Assembly (NCBI GenBank): GCA_038046805.1
Contig: JBBSVO010000003.1
Span: forward strand, 93,963 to 157,962
Length of the DNA stretch: 64,000 nt
Direction: 5' to 3'
DNA from: Candidatus Micrarchaeota archaeon
GTDB taxonomy: Archaea; Micrarchaeota; Micrarchaeia; Anstonellales; Bilamarchaeaceae
Below the pieces are notes generated by a model. It was not told the origin of the DNA and did not search any database. It saw only the letters and a list, made by a program, of their open reading frames with translations. How positions within the stretch are numbered: the stretch's first letter is position 1; each line of letters starts with the position of its first letter. A program made the translations under genes and the position numbers. Shown here in pieces: positions 63,812-64,000 of the stretch.

Positions 63812-64000
63812 CTATGCAAGGCAGAAACTGTCCTTCTTCTTTTCCAGAACATCTCCGTTGTCAGACATTATCCTAAGAATTGATCTGCATCCGTCTTCTT
63901 CGGTTTTGCACGCACTCGCGATCGCGGAAACAGTCATCGTCCCCTTAAGATTTTTCTGCACAAGTTCAGATACCTTGGCAAAGTATTGCTTTGTTGCAAC
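63812..64000 (-). CDS. 3' part of a gene truncated by the window edge (possible wHTH protein)
   Basis: Open frame from the window edge to the TAG at 63812-63814, encoding ...TVSAIASACKTEEDGCRSILRIMSDNGDVLEKKKDSFCLA. Confidence 0.3.
   Translation of the reverse strand, partial: VATKQYFAKVSELVQKNLKGTMTVSAIASACKTEEDGCRSILRIMSDNGDVLEKKKDSFCLA

Overview
This 64 kb window looks like an archaeal chromosome segment, moderately AT-rich and densely coding on both strands. The archaeal assignment is an inference from gene content: short archaeal-type triosephosphate isomerase, class I LysRS, archaeal AlaRS, ThrRS with the archaeal N-terminal editing domain, class I CCA-adding enzyme, two PurP paralogs, a Nop5-like protein, DTD2-type deacylase, cupin-type phosphoglucose isomerase, TrmB/Lrp regulators and intron-containing tRNAs. 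Most genes are housekeeping (hisS, alaS, thrS, lysK, cca, tpiA, purM, purP x2, uppS, Sua5/TsaC, Dph6-like). There is also a type IV pilus-like ATPase/platform pair, lipid-carrier enzymes, transporters and many orphan ORFs. RNA genes are six tRNAs and a stand-alone 5S rRNA. The most unusual content is non-coding. (1) All six tRNA genes are interrupted, with nine introns by hand-folding, six of them in D- or T-loops and up to about 140 nt long. (2) The D-loop introns of tRNA-Gly, tRNA-Thr and tRNA-Lys belong to one sequence family. (3) A roughly 60-nt tandem-hairpin module (GAACG-loop-CGTTC type stems with compensatory changes) occurs inside the tRNA-Lys intron, in an intergenic site and beside the only transposase gene, an IS200/IS605-type Y1 TnpA. 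Related hairpin pairs bracket a four-ORF orphan cassette. This suggests a REP/RAYT-like or PATE-like hairpin-mobilising system that reaches into tRNA introns. Other notable items are a catalytically intact GGDEF diguanylate cyclase between two tRNAs, a radical SAM/SPASM gene followed by a 37-codon ORF and an orphan protein, a beta-barrel-like secreted protein, and a second structured repeat family at 5.2 kb and 49.2 kb. All calls were made by eye from the sequence and ORF track, so intron boundaries and repeat edges are approximate.
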